Assembly (NCBI GenBank): GCA_050178385.1
Contig: JBFXGD010000070.1
Coordinates: 1 to 15,831 of the forward strand
Reading direction: 5' to 3'
DNA: 15,831 bases
From: Calditrichaceae bacterium
GTDB lineage: Bacteria; Calditrichota; Calditrichia; Calditrichales; JBFXGD01
Both the position numbers and the translations under genes were made by a program. Below the pieces are notes generated by a model, which saw only the letters and a list, made by a program, of their open reading frames with translations, made no database searches and was not told where the DNA came from. Below, one piece after another: positions 1 through 10,683 of this stretch (position 1 is its first letter; each line of letters opens with the position of its first letter).

Positions 1-486
1 AAGGAGATGGTTGAAGAAATTATTTCGGAAGGGCACAAGGTATTGATTTTCAGTCAGTTCGTACAGATGCTTCAGATTATTAAACGATTCATTGATGCCG
101 AAAATATACCATATTCCTATCTCGACGGATCCACAAAAGACCGCGAAGCGCCGGTAAAGCAGTTTCAGGAAGATGACAATATCCGGACATTCCTGATCAG
201 TCTTAAGGCGGGAGGAACCGGTTTAAATCTGACAGCCGCGGATTATGTTATCCATTATGATCCCTGGTGGAATCCGGCGGTTGAAATGCAGGCGACAGAC
301 CGCGCTTACCGGATTGGGCAGACCAGAAAAGTTTTTGCCTATAAACTCATTTCTAAAGACAGCGTGGAAGAAAAAATTGTTAAACTGCAGAATCAGAAAC
401 GTGAACTGGTTGAATCTTTGATATCCACCGAAGAGTCGTTCTTTAAATCACTTTCGAAAACAGATATCATCGAATTGTTTGAATAG
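1..486 (+). CDS. SNF2/DEAD-box family helicase, C-terminal helicase domain (5'-truncated by window edge)
   Basis: Frame is open from base 1. SNF2 C-terminal motifs KVLIFSQF, YLDGST, FLISLKAGGTGLNLTAADYVIHYDPWWNPAVEMQATDRAYRIGQ. Confidence 0.95.
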   Translation, partial: KEMVEEIISEGHKVLIFSQFVQMLQIIKRFIDAENIPYSYLDGSTKDREAPVKQFQEDDNIRTFLISLKAGGTGLNLTAADYVIHYDPWWNPAVEMQATDRAYRIGQTRKVFAYKLISKDSVEEKIVKLQNQKRELVESLISTEESFFKSLSKTDIIELFE

Positions 487-515
487 ATTACAGGAAATGA
501 TGGTCGAAGAATACG

Positions 516-544
516 AAAAGCAGTCTGACAGGCTGCTTTTTTTT
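516..544. terminator. Probable bidirectional intrinsic terminator between convergent genes
   Basis: AAAAGCAGTC-TGACA-GGCTGCTTTT hairpin followed by a T run, between the helicase (+) and HD-GYP (-) stops. Confidence 0.75.
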
Positions 545-556
545 AGGATATATAAA

Positions 557-1861
557 TCAGTGACGATATTTTCTTGAGTAATAGCGATTAAAAATATGTT
601 CAATTTCCGCGTTTTCCGCCGATTTCTGTGAAGGATTGGTATTCATGATATTTATGAGATCTTTTAGTGTGTAGTCTTTTAATTTATCGAGATCCCCGCT
701 ATCAAGATTTCTCTGATGCCCGAATTCAAGAACCTGAACTAATTTATGAAGACGGATGTTCTTGAAGTGATAAACGACAAATGGTTCAAAAGATGTACCG
801 GTTTCCTGATCGAGCAGCAAAATCACTTTGTCAAAATCCAAACGGTCATTATAGTGGCGTCTTGATGTCAAAGCATCAAATACATCGCATATGGATAAGA
901 TTTTTCCGCCGAGCGGGATTTCCTGACCGGTGAGTCCTGCCGGGTAGCCGGAGCCGTCTATTTTTTCATGATGGGTAGCGGCAATTTGGGGAATTTCCGA
1001 AAATTTCTTTTGAAACTGGATTTTACTAAGGATACTTTTGGTGATATTCGCGTGCCGTTTGATGATCTCGTATTCATCTTCGGTCAGCTGTTTATTTTTA
1101 AAAAGAACCATCTCCGGGACGCCTATTTTCCCGATATCGTGGAGCAGGGAGGCGTATCGGATGGTATTGATTTCATCCGGAGTCAACTCCATCAGTTTTG
1201 CGATTTCCACCGCATATAGGGTTACGCGTCTTGAATGGCCGGAAGTAATGTAATCACGCGCGTCCAGGGTTGTTGAGAGGGTTTCTATAAAGCTTTCAAA
1301 TGATTTTTTCTGCTCCTCATGCAGCCGGACATTTTCAACGGCATGGACGGTCATTTGAGAAATCGATTCCAGCAGCCGCGCCTGGATTTGGCTAAAGGGG
1401 CCAAAATTTTGGTTTAAGGCCAGAATAACCCCGATAATTTCATCGCTGTTGTTTTTAAGCGCTGTGGCAAGAATGTTTTTTACCGGGTAGCCTTCTTCAA
1501 TATCATATTTCGGACTAAAGCGCTCATCCTTAAATGCATCCGGAATATTAAGAGTCACACCTTCTTCCGCCACATAACCGGTGATTCCGGCCTTCATCGG
1601 GATACGAAGTTCGCGTCTGTCGCCCCCGGCGGATTTAGATCTGAGTTCCTGCTTTTCTTTATCTATGAGGTATAAATACGCCCGGTCGGCCTTTAAAATC
1701 TCACAAACAACTTCTGATGTCACGCGATAAAGCGCATCCTGATTTATAACGGCGATAAGAGTTTCTGATATTTTGAGGAGGGATTGAAGGTAATTATTCT
1801 CTTCCTGAAGTTTGAGAATTTCATTAGGGAGTTCAGTACCGGGAGATCCTGTGTTTCTCAT
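557..1861 (-). CDS. GAF + HD-GYP domain protein (putative cyclic-dinucleotide phosphodiesterase)
   Basis: GAF domain (GITGYVAEEGVTLNIPDAFKDERF), then GHSRRV, LLHDIGKIG, HHEKIDGSGYP, CDVFDALTSRR. Start placed at ATG 1861 to avoid overlap with the upstream small ORF; the ORF track gives 1894. Confidence 0.9.
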   Translation of the reverse strand: MRNTGSPGTELPNEILKLQEENNYLQSLLKISETLIAVINQDALYRVTSEVVCEILKADRAYLYLIDKEKQELRSKSAGGDRRELRIPMKAGITGYVAEEGVTLNIPDAFKDERFSPKYDIEEGYPVKNILATALKNNSDEIIGVILALNQNFGPFSQIQARLLESISQMTVHAVENVRLHEEQKKSFESFIETLSTTLDARDYITSGHSRRVTLYAVEIAKLMELTPDEINTIRYASLLHDIGKIGVPEMVLFKNKQLTEDEYEIIKRHANITKSILSKIQFQKKFSEIPQIAATHHEKIDGSGYPAGLTGQEIPLGGKILSICDVFDALTSRRHYNDRLDFDKVILLLDQETGTSFEPFVVYHFKNIRLHKLVQVLEFGHQRNLDSGDLDKLKDYTLKDLINIMNTNPSQKSAENAEIEHIFNRYYSRKYRH

Positions 1862-1865
1862 TTCA

Positions 1866-2048
1866 TCATTCAATTTCTTCATAATCCGCATCATCTATTT
1901 TATTTCGATAACGTTTTTGAAAATCGTCTTTTGTTTTAACATCCCGGCTCTTTTTTGTTCCGGGGCCAGAACTAAATCCTGCCAGAAGACGCTTGATATA
2001 TCGGTATGAAAGATAAGCGATTATAAATAATATAATAAATCGCAGCAT
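1866..2048 (-). CDS. Small single-pass membrane protein (60 aa)
   Basis: Hydrophobic N-terminus, basic linker, acidic C-terminal IDDADYEEIE. Fills the operon gap exactly and has a GAGG RBS-like sequence upstream. Confidence 0.75.
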   Translation of the reverse strand: MLRFIILFIIAYLSYRYIKRLLAGFSSGPGTKKSRDVKTKDDFQKRYRNKIDDADYEEIE

Positions 2049-2057
2049 AGTCAGCCT

Positions 2058-2702
2058 CTATTTCTTTTTTGAAACAAAATATCGTGTCCCCGTTGGATGA
2101 TGCCGGATTTCTCTGAGTATATCCTCATAATCCCGATTCTCATTCAGAAAGTCGAGTTCATCCGTATTGATAATCAACAGAGGCGTTTTATTGTATCTTA
2201 GAAAGAACGAATTGTATAACTCGTTTAACTCGGCAATATAATCCTGGGCCATATTTTTTTCGTATGAACGCCCACGTTTTTGAATATTATCCATCAGGTG
2301 ATTTGTCGATGCCTGAAGGTAAATAACCAGATCGGGTACGGGAATTTCACGTTCCATTAAACGGGCGATACCGTCATATAGTTTCATTTCCTTGTCAGAG
2401 AGATTGAGCGTGGCGAATATGCGGTCTTTTTCGAACATATAATCGCTGACAATCTGTTTCCTGAACAAATCAAGCTGTCTCAGGTTTTCCTGCTGCCGGA
2501 AGCGGCTGAGCAGAAAGAAGATCTGAGTCTGAAAGGAAAAACGGACCGGATCGTTATAAAATTCTTCCAGGAAGGGATTCTGTTCAAATTCTTCCAGGAC
2601 AAGTTCTGCCTGCAGGGTTTCACAAAGCATATTCGCCAGAGTGGTTTTCCCGGCCCCGATAACACCTTCGATTGCAATATAACGGAGTTTTTCAAAAGAC
2701 AT
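2058..2702 (-). CDS. Deoxynucleoside kinase (dCK/dGK family)
   Basis: P-loop IEGVIGAGKTT; NPFLEEFY, QIFFLLSR, PDLVIYL, RGRSYE motifs. Confidence 0.93.
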   Translation of the reverse strand: MSFEKLRYIAIEGVIGAGKTTLANMLCETLQAELVLEEFEQNPFLEEFYNDPVRFSFQTQIFFLLSRFRQQENLRQLDLFRKQIVSDYMFEKDRIFATLNLSDKEMKLYDGIARLMEREIPVPDLVIYLQASTNHLMDNIQKRGRSYEKNMAQDYIAELNELYNSFFLRYNKTPLLIINTDELDFLNENRDYEDILREIRHHPTGTRYFVSKKK

Positions 2703-2705
2703 TTT

Positions 2706-3188
2706 TTACCACTGATCTTTGTATGCCCTTATTTCACTTCTATCCGGGCAGTTCTCTATTAGTTGCTTAATTGTTAGTTGACTGCGGTTTTTATAATCCG
2801 GTAAAATTTCACGAAGCGGCAGAAGGACGAATTTTCTCAGTTCCATCTGTTGGTGCGGAATCTCCAGTATTGGAGTACAGATCCGCCCGCCATCCCAATC
2901 GATAATATCGATATCAATAACCCTGGAACCCCATCTTTGAGTACGCACACGCCCTGAAGCTGTTTCGATACTCTTCAGTTTTCTTAAAAGACGGAACGGC
3001 CCAAGGCCGGTTTCAAATAAACAGATTATGTTTAGAAAATCTGCCTGATTCTTAATGCCGACCGGTTCGGTCTTGTATATTCCCGATCTTTTTTCGATCC
3101 TGCCAAATTGATGAAGTTTGTTTACCGCCTTGTCCAAAGACTGTTCTCTTGATCCGGTATTGGCACCCAGGGATAATATATATTTCAT
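2706..3188 (-). CDS. folK: 2-amino-4-hydroxy-6-hydroxymethyldihydropteridine diphosphokinase (HPPK)
   Basis: LSLGAN, YKTEP, FLN, IE..GR, RWGSRVIDIDII, IPH, RKFVLLPL motifs; adjacent to folB. Confidence 0.96.
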   Translation of the reverse strand: MKYILSLGANTGSREQSLDKAVNKLHQFGRIEKRSGIYKTEPVGIKNQADFLNIICLFETGLGPFRLLRKLKSIETASGRVRTQRWGSRVIDIDIIDWDGGRICTPILEIPHQQMELRKFVLLPLREILPDYKNRSQLTIKQLIENCPDRSEIRAYKDQW

Positions 3189-3196
3189 CTATAATC

Positions 3197-3553
3197 TTAA
3201 TTTTTACGAAAAATTTCGATTTCCACATAATCGAGAAGCCCATTCATCGGGACATGCGGTTTCCTGACCCGAATCAAAACAGTGTGGATACCCGGTATAG
3301 GGAGAATTCTTCCGGCAATTTTTTCGGCCACAGTTTCGATAAGCTTAAATTTATAATTTTCAAAGGTCTCTTTGGCGATCTGATAAATCGCCCGGTAATC
3401 GATTGTTTTTTTTAGATCATCATCGCTGGATGCCGGGTTCAGATCACATTCGACTTCGATATCGACTTCAAATTTTTGACCAAGTTCGCGCTCCGCCTCG
3501 TAGTATCCGTGATGAGCGTAAAAGGTCATATTTTTTAAGCGGATAATATCCAA
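3197..3553 (-). CDS. folB: Dihydroneopterin aldolase
   Basis: FYAHHG..EAERELGQKFEVD, DDLKKTIDY, LIETVAE, VRKP motifs; TTG start. Confidence 0.96.
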   Translation of the reverse strand: MDIIRLKNMTFYAHHGYYEAERELGQKFEVDIEVECDLNPASSDDDLKKTIDYRAIYQIAKETFENYKFKLIETVAEKIAGRILPIPGIHTVLIRVRKPHVPMNGLLDYVEIEIFRKN

Positions 3554-3656
3554 AATAATCCCTGCTGTTCCTTTTTACCCCATTGTGATTAAATCAAATT
3601 ATTTACTTTCTAAATCCTGGCATTGATCAGGTCTATTATCAGAAAGTTTAATTTCA

Positions 3657-3685
3657 AATATAGTCAGATTGCCAATTTGAGTCAA
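3657..3685 (-). promoter_or_regulatory. Putative sigma70-type promoter of the folB operon
   Basis: Minus strand TTGACT (3685-3680), 17 bp, TATATT (3662-3657). Confidence 0.6.
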
Positions 3686-3711
3686 TAAAAAAGGGGGAAC
3701 ATGTATCAGAC

Positions 3712-3749
3712 AAAAAAAAACGGGATATACAGTGAATATATCCCGTTTT
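3712..3749 (-). terminator. Intrinsic terminator of groEL
   Basis: AAAACGGGATATA / TATATCCCGTTTT inverted repeat, 7-nt loop, 9-T run on the minus strand, just after the groEL stop. Confidence 0.88.
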
Positions 3750-3768
3750 AAATTTTAAAAGCAATTTT

Positions 3769-5430
<1,662 letters not shown>

Positions 5431-5520
5431 TTATTTATATTTTAATTGCCTCTTTAGATTAAAAATGTAACCCGGAGTTACAATTTTTTCTCAATACAAG
5501 TCATTTAATAGTTTAATGTG

Positions 5521-5547
5521 ATAGCACTCTCGCGTAAAGAGTGCTAA
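5521..5547 (-). promoter_or_regulatory. CIRCE element (HrcA operator)
   Basis: Minus strand TTAGCACTC-N9-GAGTGCTAT, one mismatch to the consensus TTAGCACTC-N9-GAGTGCTAA, upstream of groEL. Confidence 0.95.
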
Positions 5548-5574
5548 TATAAAAACAATATGATTTTTTTTCAA
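5546..5574 (-). promoter_or_regulatory. Putative sigma70-type promoter of groEL abutting CIRCE
   Basis: Minus strand TTGAAA (5574-5569), 17 bp, TATATT (5551-5546). CIRCE covers the predicted start site. Confidence 0.7.
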
Positions 5575-5592
5575 GCGAAAGATTGAAATTAA

Positions 5593-5621
5593 TTGCTCCT
5601 TTGTTTCTAAATGTCTATATT
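5593..5621 (+). promoter_or_regulatory. Putative promoter of the nucleotidyltransferase gene, divergent from groEL
   Basis: TTGCTC (5593-5598), 17 bp, TATATT (5616-5621). Confidence 0.5.
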
Positions 5622-5697
5622 TTTATTCTATATAAAAAATTGTTTTTCTAAAAAAGTGAATAACCTGATTCTTTCGTTTAAAAAGAGGACTGATTTG

Positions 5698-6762
5698 ATG
5701 AAGGCATTAATCACCAGCGGCGGCAGGGGAAGTCGGCTGCGCCCTTTGACCCATACTCAAAACAAACATCTGATTCCGATTGCCAATAAACCCATTCTGC
5801 ATTATGCCATCGAATATGCCGCGGAAGCAGGTATCAAAGAAATCGGTATCGTTTACAGCGCGGACTCAACGGCCGTTCCCGATGCGATCGGAGACGGTTC
5901 GAACTGGGGGGTAAATATTACTTATATCGCGCAGGAAGCACCGCTTGGGCTGGCGCATGTGGTTAAAATATCTCAGGATTTTATCGGCGATGATCCGTTT
6001 GTGTTTTATCTTGGTGATAATATGGTCGTGGGTGGTCTGAAACGGTTTATAGACGCTTTTCAGAAGAACGCGAGCAGCTGTCACCTGACTCTGGCAAAAG
6101 TTCAGGATCCGGAACGTTTTGGCGTGCCTGAGATTGCCGGGGACCGGATTGTAAGAATCGAAGAGAAACCAAAAGTCCCAAAAAGCAATTTCGCCGTATC
6201 CGGCATTTATATCTATGACAAGCATATCTTTGAAGCTGTAAATAACATTCAACCGAGCGCCCGGGGCGAACTTGAGATATCGGATGCCCATCAGTACCTT
6301 CTGGATAAGGGGTATAAAGTGACCTACTCGGAGATAACCGGGTGGTGGAAGGATACCGGTAAACCCTATGATTTGCTGGAAGCGAACCGGCTGATTCTTG
6401 ATAATATTATCGGGTATATCAAGGGAACTGTTGATGATAAAAGTTTTGTAACGGGAAAAGTGATTATTGAAGATGGCGCGAAAATTATCAATTCGACAGT
6501 GCGTGGACCCGCAATCATCGGTAAAAACACCATCATTGAAAACAGTTATGTGGGACCGTTTACATCTATAAATGATGATTGCCGCATCCATAACAGTGAA
6601 GTTGAATTCAGTATCCTGCTGAAAGAATGCAAGATTACCAATGTCGATATCCGGATTGAGCACAGTCTGCTTGGTCATGATGTGGAGATTGTAAAAGCCG
6701 GCAGCCGGCCAAGAACGCACCGGTTTTTAATCGGCGATCAAAGCCGTGTGGAGTTAATATAA
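5698..6762 (+). CDS. Glucose-1-phosphate thymidylyltransferase, long form (RmlA-long/StrD-like, C-terminal left-handed beta-helix)
   Basis: GGRGSRLRPLT..NKHLIPIANKP, PLGLAH, YLGDN, RFGV, EEKP, PSARGELEISDA, WWKDTG, hexapeptide tail. Start at ATG 5698 with a GAGG RBS. Confidence 0.9.
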   Translation: MKALITSGGRGSRLRPLTHTQNKHLIPIANKPILHYAIEYAAEAGIKEIGIVYSADSTAVPDAIGDGSNWGVNITYIAQEAPLGLAHVVKISQDFIGDDPFVFYLGDNMVVGGLKRFIDAFQKNASSCHLTLAKVQDPERFGVPEIAGDRIVRIEEKPKVPKSNFAVSGIYIYDKHIFEAVNNIQPSARGELEISDAHQYLLDKGYKVTYSEITGWWKDTGKPYDLLEANRLILDNIIGYIKGTVDDKSFVTGKVIIEDGAKIINSTVRGPAIIGKNTIIENSYVGPFTSINDDCRIHNSEVEFSILLKECKITNVDIRIEHSLLGHDVEIVKAGSRPRTHRFLIGDQSRVELI

Positions 6763-6924
6763 TCCGGTCGCGGTAATCAAACAATCCCGTTAAATTATCG
6801 ATAATGAATAACGTGTCAAATTCATCAGCCCTGAATATTTGATCCGTGTCGCCAACAGAGTTCATTCAAAAATATCTGATTCAATTTACCATCCAATAAA
6901 AGACTATCTTTATAAGGAGGCGTC

Positions 6925-7707
6925 ATGTCTTATAAAAACATCATAGTTGAAATAAATCCCCCTGTCGCAACCATTTTGATCAACAGACCCGAGAAATTAA
7001 ATGCCCTAAACGTGGAAACCGTCACAGAATTAGCGGGGGCATTCCGTAAATTAACTGCTAATGACTCTGTCGGAGGTGTTTTACTGACCGGCGCGGGTGA
7101 AAAAGCCTTTGTCGCGGGAGCGGATATCTCCGAAATTCAGAATTTAAATGAAAGTAAGGGCCGGGAATTCGCAAAGGCGGGACAGGCGGCTTTTAATTTG
7201 ATCGAACAGCTCGGCAAGCCGGTTATCGCGCTTGTAAACGGTTACGCGCTCGGCGGTGGATGTGAGCTTGCCATGGCGTGCCATTTGCGGATCGCAAGTG
7301 AAGAAGCAAAGTTTGGTCAGCCGGAAGTGAATCTTGGAATTATTCCCGGATACGGCGGCACTCAGCGGATGCCGAGAATCATTGGCAGCGGACTTGCGAT
7401 ACAGTACCTATTATCGGGAGAGATGATCAACGCTCAACGCGCCTATGAAATTGGTCTTGTCAATAAGGTTGTTCCATTTGCGGAGCTGAAAGAAGCGGGA
7501 CAGAAAATGCTGGGACAGATTTTATCAAAAGGACCGCTGGCTGTCCGTTATGTTCTCAGCGCTGTTAATGAAGGCCTGAACACAAATCTTGAAAACGCGT
7601 TAAATATTGAAGCGTCATACTTCGGGAAGGCCTGCGAGACAGATGATATGAAAGAAGGGACTTCGGCTTTTCTCGAAAAACGTAAGGCGAATTTTAGAGG
7701 AAAATAA
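6925..7707 (+). CDS. Enoyl-CoA hydratase (crotonase family)
   Basis: NRPEKLNALN, AFVAGADI, NGYALGGGCELAMAC, FGQPEVNLGIIPGYGGTQR; strong AAGGAGG RBS. Confidence 0.95.
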   Translation: MSYKNIIVEINPPVATILINRPEKLNALNVETVTELAGAFRKLTANDSVGGVLLTGAGEKAFVAGADISEIQNLNESKGREFAKAGQAAFNLIEQLGKPVIALVNGYALGGGCELAMACHLRIASEEAKFGQPEVNLGIIPGYGGTQRMPRIIGSGLAIQYLLSGEMINAQRAYEIGLVNKVVPFAELKEAGQKMLGQILSKGPLAVRYVLSAVNEGLNTNLENALNIEASYFGKACETDDMKEGTSAFLEKRKANFRGK

Positions 7708-7708
7708 G

Positions 7709-8782
7709 TTGGATCCGTCAAAGCCTCTGGTTTTAATTTTTAATCATACACAGTCCGAATTCGTGAAGCTGATTGTGGAACAATTCGAAAAATATCAGAT
7801 AAGTGTCCGGGTTGATGACAGCATTGACCAATTCCGCGATTCTTTGCTGAAAGAAAGTTATGACATCATCATATTCTTTGCTGATCCTTCACGCAAAGCC
7901 ATAAAATCTCTGATTGAACAAATTTCCGGAGATTTACTTATGGCTCTGTCGTGCTGTTTTTATCCCAAAGTTGCCGAGAATAACGATAATTTTGATTTTA
8001 ATTTATCGGAGAATGATTTACGGAACAAGGAGACGGTGGCAAGATTGTTTCCCGGTTTCATCAAAATCGCGGGCAGAAGGAAATCTCAGACGGAACTTTC
8101 CGCGATGATTATTCATGATCTCCGTTCTCCTATGCAGAGTATCCTTGGGTATCTGGAGCTTCTGAAGGACGAGGTGTTCGGCTCCATAAATGAAGGGCAG
8201 AATCAGATTCTCCACAACGCGATTACTCTCGGAGATAATACTACAGATTTATTGGATGAACTCAGCCGTGTTTATCAGTATGAATCAAGACATCTTCAAA
8301 TCTCGAAAGATCCGGTAAAACTTAAAAATTTCATAGAAGAAACCGTTCGTTCTTTATGGATCCAGGCGGATAAAAAGGATATAAAATTTAAACTTCTGAT
8401 TGATTCAAATCTCCCTGAAATTCGTTTGGATCAGCGGGCGATACAACGCGTATTTATCAACATCGTAACCAACGCGATCAGACACAGCCCGCCGAAAGGG
8501 GTGGTCCGCATTGAGGTTCAGACGGTTAAACTTTCTTCAAACGATCCTGTGATACAATTCCTGGTGAAAGACTCCGGACCCGGTATTTCAGGTGAAGAAA
8601 TGAATTATCTGTTTAAAAAATATTACCGCAGTAAAAAGGAAAAGAACCGCAACGGATTCGGACTCGGTCTGTACGTCTCGAAACTGATCATTGACGCGCA
8701 TGAGGGAAATATCGGTTTCTATAATAACAGGGAAGGCGGGAGCACATTCTACTTCACTTTACCGATTCAATCCACCAAATAA
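7709..8782 (+). CDS. Cytoplasmic sensor histidine kinase (degenerate receiver-like N-terminus, HisKA, HATPase_c)
   Basis: H box HDLRSPM, N box NIVTNAIRHS, G1 DSGPGI, F box, G2 GFGLGL, GSTFYFTLP. No transmembrane segment; TTG start 1 nt after the crotonase stop. Confidence 0.9.
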   Translation: MDPSKPLVLIFNHTQSEFVKLIVEQFEKYQISVRVDDSIDQFRDSLLKESYDIIIFFADPSRKAIKSLIEQISGDLLMALSCCFYPKVAENNDNFDFNLSENDLRNKETVARLFPGFIKIAGRRKSQTELSAMIIHDLRSPMQSILGYLELLKDEVFGSINEGQNQILHNAITLGDNTTDLLDELSRVYQYESRHLQISKDPVKLKNFIEETVRSLWIQADKKDIKFKLLIDSNLPEIRLDQRAIQRVFINIVTNAIRHSPPKGVVRIEVQTVKLSSNDPVIQFLVKDSGPGISGEEMNYLFKKYYRSKKEKNRNGFGLGLYVSKLIIDAHEGNIGFYNNREGGSTFYFTLPIQSTK

Positions 8783-8825
8783 TTTTTCGGAAATATATTT
8801 TATCCATTAAAAAGCTGATTGAAAT

Positions 8826-8861
8826 AAAAATAGCCGTCTTTACAAGTAAAAACGGCTATTT
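8826..8861. terminator. Terminator-like hairpin, U tail on the minus strand
   Basis: AAATAGCCGT...ACGGCTATTT inverted repeat preceded by an A run. Confidence 0.6.
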
Positions 8862-9196
8862 GGAGGAGTGTGGATGTTCTTATGCAACTTTCAATCATTA
8901 ATCAATAATAAGCCAATCGTTCTTATTGTTGATTTATAAACTTTAATTCATCGCCAGAAATATTGTTCCATTTTTTGTAAAACTTTTTAATAGAATCGAA
9001 TATTTGAAACAGAATCCTAAAATTCGCCATAATCCCCGCTGTTTTAATAAAAATAATACGCAATACTTGCTTTGTATATGAAATTGTGAATATTTTAATT
9101 AATCACAGCTCCGGCCGCGAACCAGATACGCGCCCGGGAATTAAACCAAAAATTGGCCGGATTTTTACGGAAACCGCTACTAAACATGAGGTACTT

Positions 9197-10570
9197 ATGG
9201 GAAGATTGAATATCGATTTTTCCGAGCTTACAAACGGACATAATATTGAATTTATTGATCTCAAGGTCACGGATTTGCAGGGACGGCTGCATCACCTGAC
9301 ATTGCCCTATAGTGAAGATACTCTAAAAGGGTTGATGAAAGACGGGGTCGGGTTTGACGGATCAAGTTATGGATTCCAGAAGGTTGAAAACAGCGATATG
9401 ATCATGAAACCTGATCTGAAAACCGCCATGATTGACCCGTTCAGAGAGTCTCCCACACTGAGTTTTTTCACGCGGGTATTTAACACCGATGATAAAAACA
9501 CGCCTTTTCAGTTTGATTTAAGAAACATGGCTGAAGCGACTGAAGGTTTGCTCAAAAAATACGGTGTGGCCGATCATTCCATGTGGGGACCGGAATTTGA
9601 ATTCTATATATTTAAAGACGCGAAATTTAAATCGACCGCGCAGCACAGTTTTTACAGTATTGATTCCGAAGAAGGATTTCTGTCCAACGGGTATCACATA
9701 GCCAATCCTCTGGATGAATATGATGATTTCCGTGATGAAGCGTCCAAATTACTCATGGATGCCGGAATTTCAGTCAAATACCATCATCATGAGGTGGGGA
9801 ATCTTGGCCAGCAGGAAATTGAAGTCAATTTTGACCGATTACCGGCAACCGCCGATAAGATTGTCATTGCCAAATATATTCTCCATAATCTGGCTCGCAA
9901 GAAGGGCCTGCGTCTGACCTTTATGCCGAAACCCGTTTTTAAACAGGCCGGCTCGGGGATGCATGTTCATCATTATCTCATGAAAAACGGGAAAAACGGA
10001 TTCTATGAAAAAGGGTCTTACGCCAATTTGAATAAGACCGCCCTCTATTATATAGGCGGAATTCTGAAACATTCTCAGGCGCTTTGCGCGTTTACCAACC
10101 CTTCCACCAATTCGTACAAACGGCTGGTTCCCGGGGTGGAAGCGCCCACGGCCATCAATTTCGGGCAGGCGAACAGGGCTTCGTGTGTACGCATCCCGAG
10201 ATATATCAAGGATGCTCAGAAGACCCGCTTTGAATATCGCCCGCCGGACGCGACAGCCAATCCATACCTGGCGCTTGTGACCATTATGCTGGCCGGTCTT
10301 GACGGGGTGATCAATAAAATCGATCCGGTAAAGGAAGGATTCGGTCCTTATGAAGCGGAAGGTTTTGATCCGAATATCGAAATGAATTATTTACCATTCA
10401 CGCTGAATTCGGCTCTTGAGGCGCTAAAGGCGGATTATAAATTTCTACTCCGTGATAATATTTTTAGTGAACGACTGATTGGTCACTGGTTATCTGTGAA
10501 GGAACTCGAATTCAATCAGGTCTCGAACTGGCCAAGCCCGGTGGAGTATTCACTCTATTTTGATTTATAA
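9197..10570 (+). CDS. glnA: Glutamine synthetase type I
   Basis: FDGSS, SDM, GPEFEFY, HHHEV, QQEI, TFMPKP, GSGMHVH, NSYKRLVPG, NRASCVRIP, RFEYRPPD..NPYL. Start placed at ATG 9197 (GAGGT RBS); the ORF track gives 9086. Confidence 0.96.
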   Translation: MGRLNIDFSELTNGHNIEFIDLKVTDLQGRLHHLTLPYSEDTLKGLMKDGVGFDGSSYGFQKVENSDMIMKPDLKTAMIDPFRESPTLSFFTRVFNTDDKNTPFQFDLRNMAEATEGLLKKYGVADHSMWGPEFEFYIFKDAKFKSTAQHSFYSIDSEEGFLSNGYHIANPLDEYDDFRDEASKLLMDAGISVKYHHHEVGNLGQQEIEVNFDRLPATADKIVIAKYILHNLARKKGLRLTFMPKPVFKQAGSGMHVHHYLMKNGKNGFYEKGSYANLNKTALYYIGGILKHSQALCAFTNPSTNSYKRLVPGVEAPTAINFGQANRASCVRIPRYIKDAQKTRFEYRPPDATANPYLALVTIMLAGLDGVINKIDPVKEGFGPYEAEGFDPNIEMNYLPFTLNSALEALKADYKFLLRDNIFSERLIGHWLSVKELEFNQVSNWPSPVEYSLYFDL

Positions 10571-10607
10571 TCACACCATAGGTTAAATGATATCATTTTT
10601 TAGCGAC

Positions 10608-10632
10608 GGCGGGAATATCCCGCCTTTTTTTT
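10608..10632 (+). terminator. Intrinsic terminator of glnA
   Basis: GGCGGGA-ATA-TCCCGCC followed by 8 T. Confidence 0.88.
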
Positions 10633-10683
10633 TGTTTATTTCAGTAGATTTTATTGATCTGTTTTTTGAAAGCGGGAGAAAAA

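Noticed and set aside
5611..5697. N-terminal extension of the nucleotidyltransferase
   Set aside because: The family starts at MKALI (5698), which has an RBS; the extension overlaps the predicted promoter.
5866..6720. 284-aa antisense ORF
   Set aside because: Lies wholly opposite the well-supported nucleotidyltransferase and has no recognisable motifs; a shadow ORF.
9086..9196. N-terminal extension of GlnA from the ORF track
   Set aside because: Not GS-like, overlaps the predicted promoter, and ATG 9197 has a good RBS.
8783..9196. Sigma54 or GlnR sites upstream of glnA
   Set aside because: No convincing TGGCAC-N5-TTGC or TGTNA-N7-TNACA match found by eye.
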